Below the pieces are notes generated by a model, which searched no databases, was not told where the DNA came from, and saw only the letters and a program-made list of their open reading frames with translations. Positions 27,764 to 37,068 of a stretch of DNA of 64,000 nt are shown one piece after another (the first letter of the stretch is position 1; the number at the start of each line of letters is the position of its first letter). Made by a program: the position numbers and the translations under genes. The stretch lies in the sequence record LR756502.1; one strand, given 5' to 3'.

Positions 27764-28354
27764 ATGAGTTTTAATAGTATTACAGAGTTTGAAAATAAGT
27801 TAGCAAAGTTTTATGGTTCTCCATATGCTGTTGCTGTTGACTGTTGTACTCACGGTGTTGAGTTGAGTCTTAGATATACAAATGCTAAAAGTATAACAGT
27901 TCCAAAGCATACTTACTTATCAATACCATTCTTAGCAAATAAGCTTAATATTGATTTGATATGGAAAGATGAAAATTGGAAAGATTATTACTATGTAACT
28001 GATAATGTTATTGATGCTGCTGTCTTGTGGAGGGAAAACAGTTATGTTCCAAATACTTTTATGAGTGTAAGTTTCCAGTTTCGTAAACATCTTAGTTTAG
28101 GTAGAGGAGGTGTAATACTTACTGATAATAAAGAGGCTAGTTTGGAGTTGAAGAAGATGTCATATGATGGTAGACTACCAGATGTTCTTTGGAAGGAACA
28201 GGATATAAATAGCTTTGGATATCATTACTATATGACACCTGAAACAGCTGAGATGGGACTTAGTAAGCTTCCCAATGCTATTGCATCAGAACCAGTGTAC
28301 TGGACAGTTAATGACTGGCCAGATCTAACACAGATGAAAATTTTTAAGAAATAA
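27764..28354 (+). CDS. Short DegT/DnrJ-family aminotransferase-like protein
   Basis: FENKLAKFYG..YAVAVDCCT, SFQFRKHL..GRGG (Lys kept); only 196 aa. Confidence 0.65.
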   Translation: MSFNSITEFENKLAKFYGSPYAVAVDCCTHGVELSLRYTNAKSITVPKHTYLSIPFLANKLNIDLIWKDENWKDYYYVTDNVIDAAVLWRENSYVPNTFMSVSFQFRKHLSLGRGGVILTDNKEASLELKKMSYDGRLPDVLWKEQDINSFGYHYYMTPETAEMGLSKLPNAIASEPVYWTVNDWPDLTQMKIFKK

Positions 28355-29133
28355 TGATAGGTATAAATTACGATGATCCAAATATACTATTTGGTAACCA
28401 TATGTTCCAATATTCCTTATGTAGGTTAATATCATTAAAAAATGGTTATAACTTTCATATAAAGCATGGTAATCACTTGTTGGAATGTTTCCCGAATATT
28501 GATTTGGGTTCATGTGATGGTGAGATGCAGAGATCTTACGAGGAGAATATACATTCACAGGCATATTTACCCGATGTATTCAATATTCCCGATTTTACAA
28601 ATTTACTTGGGTGTTATCAAACAAGTAAATATTTTAATGGAAATGAGAATTTGGTTAAATCTTGGTTTCCTGTAACAATGGAAGATAGTGTTAGAGTGGT
28701 GTTGGATAAATATCCTGTAGACGACTTTTGTTATGTGCATATGAGAGGGTGTGATTACAAAGCAAATAATTGGAACTTACCAAGACAGTATTACCTAGAT
28801 GCGATGGAAGAAGTTAAGAAAATAAAACCAGATATTAAATTTGTTATAGTTACTGATGATCTTGAAATGGCTAAATTATACTTCCCGGATATAGATGTTA
28901 TATCAACAGAGGTACATGAGTATGGATTTTTTGGTAGGGATGGTATTATTGACTTCAAGTCTTTGTACTATTCAAAATATTGTATAATTGCAAATTCAAC
29001 ATTTTCTTGGTGGGCTGCTTGGTTGAGTGATAAGGTAATAACTGTGGCTCCAAACAATTGGCTAAACTATAATAAACCAGAATCCGGATTTTATCCGTTT
29101 GATATTAAAACTGATGGGTTTATTTACATATAA
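28354..29133 (+). CDS. GT11 alpha-1,2-fucosyltransferase family, close paralog of 26937-27749
   Basis: FGNHMFQY, VHMRGCDY, NSTFSWWAAWL; long near-identical DNA with 26937 gene at the 3' end. Confidence 0.85.
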   Translation: MIGINYDDPNILFGNHMFQYSLCRLISLKNGYNFHIKHGNHLLECFPNIDLGSCDGEMQRSYEENIHSQAYLPDVFNIPDFTNLLGCYQTSKYFNGNENLVKSWFPVTMEDSVRVVLDKYPVDDFCYVHMRGCDYKANNWNLPRQYYLDAMEEVKKIKPDIKFVIVTDDLEMAKLYFPDIDVISTEVHEYGFFGRDGIIDFKSLYYSKYCIIANSTFSWWAAWLSDKVITVAPNNWLNYNKPESGFYPFDIKTDGFIYI

Positions 29134-29151
29134 TAAAAAAAGAAATGAGAT

Positions 29152-30021
29152 ATGCAGAATAATGAAGAATGGAATGTTGATTGTATTAAAGCGAGTGAAT
29201 ATTTAGATATATGCTTAGATGCTGGGTTATATGATGATAAATTTAATGTATTTAAATCTAATCATAAATATAGAGCAATATTGGAACATGTTGGTGTTCC
29301 AATATCAAAGGTTATGTTGTCTGATATGGGGCTAGATACTGTTGGTAGTAGTCCATTAAATGATTTTATTCTATCTAAAATTGATAAGATGAGAGATAGT
29401 AATAAGTATGGTAATCCAGAGTTGTATGATTATCCATTGATTGGGGTTCTATCACCAAATACAATACGATATATTAAAAACTCATGGGATATATTAACTA
29501 ATATAGGATTTGATAAATTTTCAAGTAAAGATTATAAGACAATTGTAGAAATTGGTGGTGGTTATGGTGGTATGTGTACTGTTATTGATTCCCTTATTGG
29601 ATTTGAAAAGTATTATATTTTTGATTTAAAGGAAGTAAACTCCTTACAATCAAAATATCTATCAATGACTAAGTTAAGTGGTGATGTATTTCCTATAACT
29701 ACTAATGAGTGTCCTAATTTTAGAGATGGTGAGATAGATTTGGTTATAAGTACTCATGCACTATCAGAAGTTCCATATAATATACAGATGGAGTATATAG
29801 ATAAAGTTCTATCTAAGTGTAAATCATTCTATATGGATTGGAATTCTATATCAGAGAATAGTGAGTTAGCTAATGATTTTGAAAAGGGTATGTCACATAC
29901 AAAGTTTATAGAAATTATGAGTCAGTTTGATGTTAAGGTATACCCATCTGTTCGTAATTGTCCAGAGGATCCTATTGATAGCCCTGGTATTAGTAAAATA
30001 TTATATGGTACAAGAAAATGA
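29152..30021 (+). CDS. Putative sugar O-methyltransferase
   Basis: LSPNTIRY, IVEIGGGYGG, YIFDL, DLVISTHALSE. Confidence 0.75.
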   Translation: MQNNEEWNVDCIKASEYLDICLDAGLYDDKFNVFKSNHKYRAILEHVGVPISKVMLSDMGLDTVGSSPLNDFILSKIDKMRDSNKYGNPELYDYPLIGVLSPNTIRYIKNSWDILTNIGFDKFSSKDYKTIVEIGGGYGGMCTVIDSLIGFEKYYIFDLKEVNSLQSKYLSMTKLSGDVFPITTNECPNFRDGEIDLVISTHALSEVPYNIQMEYIDKVLSKCKSFYMDWNSISENSELANDFEKGMSHTKFIEIMSQFDVKVYPSVRNCPEDPIDSPGISKILYGTRK

Positions 30022-30785
30022 TAGTATGTAAAATACAAGCTGGTTTGGGTAACCAATTGTTCCAATGGGCAGTTGCTAGATCCTATGCAATTGATCATAA
30101 CTGCGAGTATAAGTTTGAGACATCATTCTACCCTACTCAGACAAAGAGACAAGTTAAGTTAAATGAATTTAATATAAAATTTGAGTTAGTTACTCAATTA
30201 GATATAAACAGACCAGTATTGCAGATAAATGACACTTTTAACTTTATTGAACTTCCATATGATCCAAGTAATATAATTTTCTTAAATGGGTATTGGCAAT
30301 CGGAGAAGTATTTCTCTAGAAACAGTGATGTTATAAGAAATGAATTACTATCTGGTAGAGATATGAGTAAACTTAGTAAAACTCCATTCATTGATACAAA
30401 TACAGTTTCTATTCATATAAGAAGAACAGACTATACTGAATCAAATGGATATCATCCAGTTCAATCTATGGAATACTATGAAAAGGCAATTGCTGAAATA
30501 GGTAGTTATGATAAATTATTTGTATTCTCTGATGATATCAATTGGTGTAAAGAAAACCTGAAATTTAGAGATATGATATTTATGGAAGGATTTACTGATA
30601 TAGAGGATCTATTCATAATGTCTATGTGTAAGAACAATATAATTGCAAATTCTAGCTTTTCTTGGTGGGGTGCTTGGTTAAACAATAACCCTAATAAGAA
30701 AGTTGTTGCTCCAATTAATTGGTTTGGTCAACAGGCTAACATTAGTACTGCTGATATATTGCCAGAAAATTGGATAAAGATATGA
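30018..30785 (+). CDS. GT11 alpha-1,2-fucosyltransferase family
   Basis: AGLGNQLFQ, GYWQSEKYF, SIHIRRTDY, FSDD, NSSFSWWGAWL. Confidence 0.9.
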   Translation: MIVCKIQAGLGNQLFQWAVARSYAIDHNCEYKFETSFYPTQTKRQVKLNEFNIKFELVTQLDINRPVLQINDTFNFIELPYDPSNIIFLNGYWQSEKYFSRNSDVIRNELLSGRDMSKLSKTPFIDTNTVSIHIRRTDYTESNGYHPVQSMEYYEKAIAEIGSYDKLFVFSDDINWCKENLKFRDMIFMEGFTDIEDLFIMSMCKNNIIANSSFSWWGAWLNNNPNKKVVAPINWFGQQANISTADILPENWIKI

Positions 30786-31447
30786 TAAAAATATATTCAA
30801 TACATTATAATAAACCGGAGTATATTTCTTTGCAAAAGAAATCTATTGATGATTGTGTTAAGATTCCATATGAATTTATAGTACTTGATAATTCAATAGA
30901 TCCATCTATTAAGAGTAGAATAGTTGAAACAACATCATCTTTGAATATTGGATATGTTGATTGCTGTAATACTATAACATCAATGGATTCGTTATCACAC
31001 CAAAATGCACTAAGAAAATTTGTTAGTATTATAAACGATGGTGATACTGTTATGTTAATCGATCATGACTTGTTTTTTACTGGTGTTTTTGATGAAAGAT
31101 ATTATGATGGATATGATATGGCGTATATAAATCAAACAAGAGGAGTTGTTAACTATCCATCAACAACAATAGTTATATTTAATAATATAAGAAATAAGAA
31201 TGATATATCATTTAACTCTGGTAAGATACTAGATGAGAACTGTGATACAGGTGGGTTTATGTATTACTATATAACTAATAATAATTTAAAGATTAGGAAT
31301 ATAGGAGAAAGTTATTTACAAGATGGTAAATTATTAATCGCTAACCTTGATGATACATTTGTTCATTTAATCTCTGGGTCTGACTGGAATGGTAATTATG
31401 ACCTAGTTGGTAAATTAAATTATATAAAAGAAAAGTTTAACATATGA
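30770..31447 (+). CDS. Hypothetical GT-A-like protein
   Basis: VLDNS, LIDHDLF (DxD), CDTGG; island context. Confidence 0.5.
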   Translation: MDKDMIKIYSIHYNKPEYISLQKKSIDDCVKIPYEFIVLDNSIDPSIKSRIVETTSSLNIGYVDCCNTITSMDSLSHQNALRKFVSIINDGDTVMLIDHDLFFTGVFDERYYDGYDMAYINQTRGVVNYPSTTIVIFNNIRNKNDISFNSGKILDENCDTGGFMYYYITNNNLKIRNIGESYLQDGKLLIANLDDTFVHLISGSDWNGNYDLVGKLNYIKEKFNI

Positions 31448-32223
31448 AAGTTTTAGAAAGCGAAGTTGTATTTGTAACTACAACACTATATACAAAGTGG
31501 TTGGATTACCAATCGTCAATAATTAAAAGGTTATTTCCGGATAGTCAGCATATCATTGTTGATGGTAGAGGAAATTGGCCAAACTCTTGGTTCTACTGGG
31601 TTGATGAGATTAAAAAATCGGATAAGAAATATTATATTCATATTGATGAAGATTTTTTTATAACAAGTAAAGATGAGTTAATGAAAGTAGTTCAGAAGAT
31701 GGAAGATGAGTCTATTGATCTTATTGGGTGTCCAGATGGATATCATCACTATCGTGGCGCTAATCCGGTTGCTATAAATACACTAATAATGTTTGGTCGA
31801 GTTGCTGATGTTAAAAAGATAGATATTGACTTTCAACAGATAAAGTTTTCACTTGTTACTCATGATGGTGTTAGTTATTCTTGGACTAATAACTATGGTC
31901 TATCATTTAGAGAGGAATATAAGAAAGATTTTAACTTTAAACATAAGATACAGGGAGGTTCAAATTTTATTAATGATCACGAACCTTATTATGCTTTCTT
32001 ATGGGAGATGAAGGAGATTGGTTGTAAGTTTGAATATTTATATCCCTTTTTCGATGAGAGATTTAAATCAACAAACCCTAGAATCGATGAAGGTTCTGAA
32101 GATATTGGCATACACATGTGGTATACTAGACAGTGGAATAATGAGATGGATGTACACGGTGTTACTAATATTAGTAGATATAATGAAGTTGAAAAATATC
32201 TAAGAAAGATATATGAGTTCTAA
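31444..32223 (+). CDS. Hypothetical GT-A-like protein
   Basis: HIDEDFF DxD motif, HEPYY, GIHMWY; island context. Confidence 0.5.
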   Translation: MKVLESEVVFVTTTLYTKWLDYQSSIIKRLFPDSQHIIVDGRGNWPNSWFYWVDEIKKSDKKYYIHIDEDFFITSKDELMKVVQKMEDESIDLIGCPDGYHHYRGANPVAINTLIMFGRVADVKKIDIDFQQIKFSLVTHDGVSYSWTNNYGLSFREEYKKDFNFKHKIQGGSNFINDHEPYYAFLWEMKEIGCKFEYLYPFFDERFKSTNPRIDEGSEDIGIHMWYTRQWNNEMDVHGVTNISRYNEVEKYLRKIYEF

Positions 32224-32425
32224 TGAAATGTCAGGTATTAAACCTATTGGTGCTCAATTTGGTATAGATATAGAAGACCAGCTTACCTCTTTGTTATCCG
32301 AGGAAATTGCTAGATCAATTGATAGAGATGTATTAATTGGACTTGGAATTGAACCAGATAGAAATAAAAGAAGATCAAATAGTATTAATAAGATTACTGA
32401 TAAAATTAAATCCTCTGAATTATAA
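32213..32425 (+). CDS. 70-aa protein containing a gp23 major-capsid-like helix segment
   Basis: GIDIEDQLTSLLSEEIARSIDRDVL resembles the T4-like gp23 segment G[ML]DA[DE]AEL..IL..EI..EINREV. Confidence 0.5.
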   Translation: MSSNEMSGIKPIGAQFGIDIEDQLTSLLSEEIARSIDRDVLIGLGIEPDRNKRRSNSINKITDKIKSSEL

Positions 32426-33014
32426 TAGGTATCTCTCCAAGTTCTAATACTTTAGATTGGTTTAGTAAGAATTCGATATCATAGAAATTGAAATGAAACG
32501 TCATGGTGAATTCTTTGGCGTTTACTTTTTGCTGAGAATAATCAAATGTGTTATCGGATAAGTTTTTTAATATAATTTCATAGAAATTAATTACGTATAT
32601 AGCATCTCTGTGTATATCTACACAAGTTATAGTAAATGGATTTAAAAATATATGTTGTGAACTGGACACATCTAAATAGTGTTTTGTTAGAATATCAAAC
32701 ATTAACCAGTAGTTCAAATCCGAATCAACCGATCTAAATGTTACACTTAATTCGTGTGTTGAAACTATATCCTGTACATTTGTAGCTGGTTTATACTTCC
32801 TTTGTTTACCTCTTACTAATGTTTGACTTGGCCCATCAAAGCTTATTCCTGGAAAGTTTACAGATTTAATAGTTGAGTTTAAATAATCTATAACATTCTC
32901 ATATTGAACCCAATTTTTCTCTAATATACCTGTATATGTATTTATAATCTCCTGTTGTAGGAAATCTGATGGTAAATTAAACACGAACTGACTATTCTGA
33001 CTACTTAATCTCAT
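32406..33014 (-). CDS. Tail completion/terminator protein, T4 gp3-like (tail-tube fold)
   Basis: IKSVNFPGIS, LSVTFRSVDSDLNYW, F.MTFHFN. Confidence 0.6.
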   Translation of the reverse strand: MRLSSQNSQFVFNLPSDFLQQEIINTYTGILEKNWVQYENVIDYLNSTIKSVNFPGISFDGPSQTLVRGKQRKYKPATNVQDIVSTHELSVTFRSVDSDLNYWLMFDILTKHYLDVSSSQHIFLNPFTITCVDIHRDAIYVINFYEIILKNLSDNTFDYSQQKVNAKEFTMTFHFNFYDIEFLLNQSKVLELGEIPIIIQRI

Positions 33015-33020
33015 TTTCTT

Positions 33021-34898
33021 TTACTTTTTAATATTAATCTTTGCGCTTAGATTAACGCTTGGTCTCTGTGATTTTGGTCTATTCGCCTCCTTACTAGATA
33101 CTAATTTTCTAGTTACAATAGCTGTTGCTTGTGATGAGCTAGTATCTTTGATAATAGTTGGTTGTGCAGCTGCCGCTTGAGACGCATTTACATCCGAATT
33201 TAAGCTGTTAACATTTGCAATTGAATCATATATTTTATACAATCCACTATATATAACTGTTGTTATTCCTTGTGAGGTGCTTGTAATATAAAATACTGTT
33301 AATCCTGATTCATATATTCTCTTTATATCATTAAACTTATTCTTAGATGCTTTGAATACTAACTGACCAATCGATAGGTTAACCTCTCCTGTTTCGGTAT
33401 ATATTGGAAATTCTGCTAATAATTGGTCATTCTTTATTACCATTTTTATCTCACCCATATTAGTAAGGTCCATATATTGAGGTGATGTATTATCACCTGT
33501 TGCTATTACAAACTTCACAATATTATCAAATGGGAATATTATAATTTGTAATTTACCAATACCATAAAATACTTTACTATTGAATCTAACATTCTCTGAT
33601 TTTGCAATTATATTAAATCTATCAATTAGAACTGGGAAAGGAACTTTAACAGTTTCGATCACAACATTACTACTACCTGTATTAAATCCACTTGGTCCAC
33701 TTGTGTTTTTAGTTCCCATACCAAGAGAGTTTGCATTACCAACAAGAGAAGGGTCTATTGAATTTTTAATGTTGTATATCTTTGGTTTGTAAGCATTTTT
33801 TAAGTTAATTTTCATTAATGATAAACTATACTTTGATACTTGATCTTGTAACATACCAAATGATGCCATTCTTATAATATATGACTCATCGACAGCGTCT
33901 ATTAGTCTCATTTCAACATCTATTACTGCTGTTGTTGTTGAGTATTTTATAATAGGTCTATATTCAATAGTTTCGTTGAAGTTATCTGTTACTGTGAATG
34001 TTTGACTTTTACCTCTTATATTTTGCTCATATAGTGTTATTATATATTGTACATAGTATTTATTACCAAGCTGAACAGAGTTGTTTATAAATTGATTAAA
34101 CTCGCCTAATGAGTCATTGTATGTTCCATATATCTCAAAGAAGTCACCTTGTGTAGACTCTTTAATAACTGTTCCTAACTTTTCAAATTCTGGAGATTGT
34201 GGTACTGTTGCTACTGTCTTTGGTGTTGTTAAGTAAGTAGTTACTCCATTTATTGTTTGAATCGCTGTTATAAATTGAAATTCTATAAATACCGGTGCCG
34301 TTAAACTCAACCCCATTCCATTAGTAAGGTTTGCATTTATACTGTTGTCCTTTGGTCTATTATCTACTCTTTGAGCCGCAACTTCACTTACTGCTGGTAT
34401 TTCTATTTTAATATTTTTACCCCATAGTTTTTCTTGAAAAAGAAGTGGAGGTGATGAGAAATTTAGTAAATATTGTTGACTAACATCAGTCATATCAAAA
34501 TAGAAGTTTGATAAGTCGTATGTCTCCTTATTTATATAGTCGAATGAATATACTTTTATATAACAACCTAAATACTCACCAAATGTATAGTTCATTGGTA
34601 AGTGTATCTTTATTGTATCATGTCTAACTGGTATACTAGATCCATAATTTCTTAACTGAAGAAAAGAATAGTAGTCTGGATTTACTTTACCATACTTATT
34701 AGCTATTTGATCAAGTTTAAATAATTGATTACCTATTACGTTTCCAGTGCCACTAGTATCACCTGCAATATATGAAAGGGTTTGATCTCTAGAGTTTACT
34801 AAAACATCATAAGCCTCTCCTATTAGGTTTCCATCATTATAAACATATTCTAATAGAATATCTTTATGTACCTTAATATATTTGGATATTTTTGCCAT
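33021..34898 (-). CDS. Large hypothetical protein, probably virion structural
   Basis: 625-aa ORF, beta-rich, co-oriented with gp3-like gene behind a late-type TATATA motif. Confidence 0.55.
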   Translation of the reverse strand: MAKISKYIKVHKDILLEYVYNDGNLIGEAYDVLVNSRDQTLSYIAGDTSGTGNVIGNQLFKLDQIANKYGKVNPDYYSFLQLRNYGSSIPVRHDTIKIHLPMNYTFGEYLGCYIKVYSFDYINKETYDLSNFYFDMTDVSQQYLLNFSSPPLLFQEKLWGKNIKIEIPAVSEVAAQRVDNRPKDNSINANLTNGMGLSLTAPVFIEFQFITAIQTINGVTTYLTTPKTVATVPQSPEFEKLGTVIKESTQGDFFEIYGTYNDSLGEFNQFINNSVQLGNKYYVQYIITLYEQNIRGKSQTFTVTDNFNETIEYRPIIKYSTTTAVIDVEMRLIDAVDESYIIRMASFGMLQDQVSKYSLSLMKINLKNAYKPKIYNIKNSIDPSLVGNANSLGMGTKNTSGPSGFNTGSSNVVIETVKVPFPVLIDRFNIIAKSENVRFNSKVFYGIGKLQIIIFPFDNIVKFVIATGDNTSPQYMDLTNMGEIKMVIKNDQLLAEFPIYTETGEVNLSIGQLVFKASKNKFNDIKRIYESGLTVFYITSTSQGITTVIYSGLYKIYDSIANVNSLNSDVNASQAAAAQPTIIKDTSSSQATAIVTRKLVSSKEANRPKSQRPSVNLSAKINIKK

Positions 34899-34918
34899 TC
34901 AAACGTGAAGTATTTCTC

Positions 34919-34929
34919 TTATATATAAA
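34919..34929 (-). promoter_or_regulatory. Putative late promoter TTTATATATAA
   Basis: 20 nt upstream of 34898, beside hairpin 34930-34965. Confidence 0.45.
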
Positions 34930-34945
34930 AAAAAAGAACCCTTCG

Positions 34946-35347
34946 TTATGAAAGGTTCTCTTTTTTTATTTCGTTATGAATTTGACTAATTATTTCTTTG
35001 TCTGTTACATTTGGATGCTTTTCTTTTATCAGTCGATAGAGTTCATTTTCCTCTACTCTAAGATTTTCTATCTCTGTATTCAGAGGATCTATAAGTTTTT
35101 CTAACCTTTCTCCTTCTCTTTCTACATCAGCTAGAATATCCATAGCCTTTTTAGCCGCATCATCAACATTGGTGACAACTTTGTTTTTAATATTCTCCTG
35201 AAGCTTATTTAACTTACTAACAGTTGATTCTAGTGTCTCTAAAACTTGTTTCGCTCTTGTCTCATATACACTAATGTCTCTTGTTACTTTAAGATAGGTT
35301 TTTCTTATCTCAACAGCTCTTTTTATAAATCTTTTATCAATTATCAT
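34946..35347 (-). CDS. Hypothetical coiled-coil protein
   Basis: 133-aa heptad-rich ORF. Confidence 0.65.
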   Translation of the reverse strand: MIIDKRFIKRAVEIRKTYLKVTRDISVYETRAKQVLETLESTVSKLNKLQENIKNKVVTNVDDAAKKAMDILADVEREGERLEKLIDPLNTEIENLRVEENELYRLIKEKHPNVTDKEIISQIHNEIKKENLS

Positions 35348-36282
35348 TTATATGATTTAGGTTTTGTCGGCTCTTTCCCTTCTTTCAACATTCTGTCCGT
35401 AGGTGGTGTTGGTTTCTCAGGTATTACCTTTTTAGCTACCTTCTTTACTACCTTCTTTGGTTTATCAGTCTGTGATTTAGCATCCACTTCAGCTTCCTTA
35501 TTAACCTCTAGTCCATAGACAATTTTTTTAATCCTATCTTTGATTATCTCTTTTATCTTTGATGGATCCTTTAGTATATTTTGTGTAAACTCTTCAGCTA
35601 AGAAATCAATTATACTAACTTCATAAGAGTCCTCCATCATCTCAATAAAATCCAGCCTAGGTATTTTATTTGAAATCTCAACACTCATTTTGAAGCTAAC
35701 ATTTCTTTTAACTCCTTTGAACATACTTGTTATTGGATCAACTGCCTCAACTCTAATAGTTGGTGGTGTGTTCTCTCTATGTGCTTCCACATGTTGAACT
35801 TTTGGTTCTCTAACTTGTTGATTTTGAGTTTGTTGAACCTTTGGTAAGTCATCCTCGTCTATTAGTTTAGCAAATGCTTCATTCTGACTCTGTATAGAGC
35901 TTTTATTATCAATTACTCCATACTTCTTAGCTAGTTCTGCTCTCTCATCCTCTACACTAGAAACTATTACTGCACTTTCATTTGATGCAGGTAGCTTAAC
36001 TCCATCTCTTATAACAACCTCCGCGTTTCCACTTCCATCATCATCAACTATGTTTTCCATTGGGATATTTTTAATCTTTTCAGCTAAAGAGTTATAAGCG
36101 TTTTGTGTATTGAAGAAATTCTTAGCATCAATTTGCTCCGTGTATAGATTATTATCCATAAGCCTTCTAACATCCACTCTTTGCTTGTTTTCAAGTATAG
36201 CAATATTATCAAATGAATCAATAACTTTTATTATTTCACCTGTTGTATTGTCTCTGAAAGATTTATTTGCAAGATTATTCAT
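35344..36282 (-). CDS. Hypothetical protein
   Basis: 312-aa ORF, ATGA overlap with downstream gene. Confidence 0.65.
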   Translation of the reverse strand: MNNLANKSFRDNTTGEIIKVIDSFDNIAILENKQRVDVRRLMDNNLYTEQIDAKNFFNTQNAYNSLAEKIKNIPMENIVDDDGSGNAEVVIRDGVKLPASNESAVIVSSVEDERAELAKKYGVIDNKSSIQSQNEAFAKLIDEDDLPKVQQTQNQQVREPKVQHVEAHRENTPPTIRVEAVDPITSMFKGVKRNVSFKMSVEISNKIPRLDFIEMMEDSYEVSIIDFLAEEFTQNILKDPSKIKEIIKDRIKKIVYGLEVNKEAEVDAKSQTDKPKKVVKKVAKKVIPEKPTPPTDRMLKEGKEPTKPKSYK

Positions 36283-36329
36283 AATTTATTTTATGATTTG
36301 TTATTTATACAAATATTTATATCTAAAGT

Positions 36330-36998
36330 TTAGATATAATCTATTTTATCTCTTTTAACCACTCTGTTTATATATGAGTCTAGCGGTTGTAAGTTAGTAT
36401 AATGGTTTAGTTTTATTACATCATCTTCAGTTATCGCTGATGATAGTGGTATTTTATGGTCTATGTCCCAAACTGATCCATGATTATCCCAATTCATTCC
36501 GTCTATAAATAGGTTTTCTAAATAAATTTTAAAAAATTCTATCTCACATCCAAGTATCTCTCTCGTTTTTTTATTTTTAGAAAATCCTTTATTCTTGAAT
36601 GATTTCCTTATTAACCCAGATATGGTGAATTTAAGTTTGAATATGTAATCAGTCTTTCTTCGCTCTCTTTGGTAGCTAGTCTTATACTTGGTTATTTTTT
36701 CTCTATTTTCCTTTGAGTGTTTTGATCTATACTCTTTTATCTTTTCTCTATTCTCTTCTGCATACTTTTTTTGATATTCTAATTTGGATTCTTTATTCAA
36801 AGTGTAGTTTTCTTTTAATCTATCCAATATTACATCCTTATTTAGGTTATAGTAGCTACTCATATATTCTTTAATCTTTTCGGAATTATTTATACGGTGG
36901 CTCTTTTTATATTCAGATACGCATAGTTTACATGAGTTTTTACCCTTAGTGAAAAGTATATCATCTTTTCCCACTCCACATTTTATGCATTTTTTCAT
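36330..36998 (-). CDS. Free-standing HNH homing endonuclease
   Basis: CIKC...CKLC zinc motif, K/E-rich helix, EILGC, WDIDHKIPLSSA, LNHYTNLQPL; probable start MKKC at 36998 (track start 37016). Confidence 0.85.
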   Translation of the reverse strand: MKKCIKCGVGKDDILFTKGKNSCKLCVSEYKKSHRINNSEKIKEYMSSYYNLNKDVILDRLKENYTLNKESKLEYQKKYAEENREKIKEYRSKHSKENREKITKYKTSYQRERRKTDYIFKLKFTISGLIRKSFKNKGFSKNKKTREILGCEIEFFKIYLENLFIDGMNWDNHGSVWDIDHKIPLSSAITEDDVIKLNHYTNLQPLDSYINRVVKRDKIDYI

Positions 36999-37012
36999 AA
37001 TGTATATATAAA

Positions 37013-37052
37013 ACAAAATAAGGGTTCCTTGAAAAAAGAACCCTTATTTTGT
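37013..37052. terminator. Inverted repeat/terminator after ssb
   Basis: ACAAAATAAGGGTTC-N10-GAACCCTTATTTTGT, 15-bp stem. Confidence 0.75.
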
Positions 37053-37068
37053 ATAAAATCTATAAGAT

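Noticed and set aside
27764-28354. Short DegT gene as a frameshifted pseudogene or +1 frameshift target of the 8-nt tRNAs
   Set aside because: Runs from N-terminal to C-terminal-like motifs with internal shortening and is coupled to the next gene; no continuation in another frame. I found no convincing GAAA-split gene in the window.
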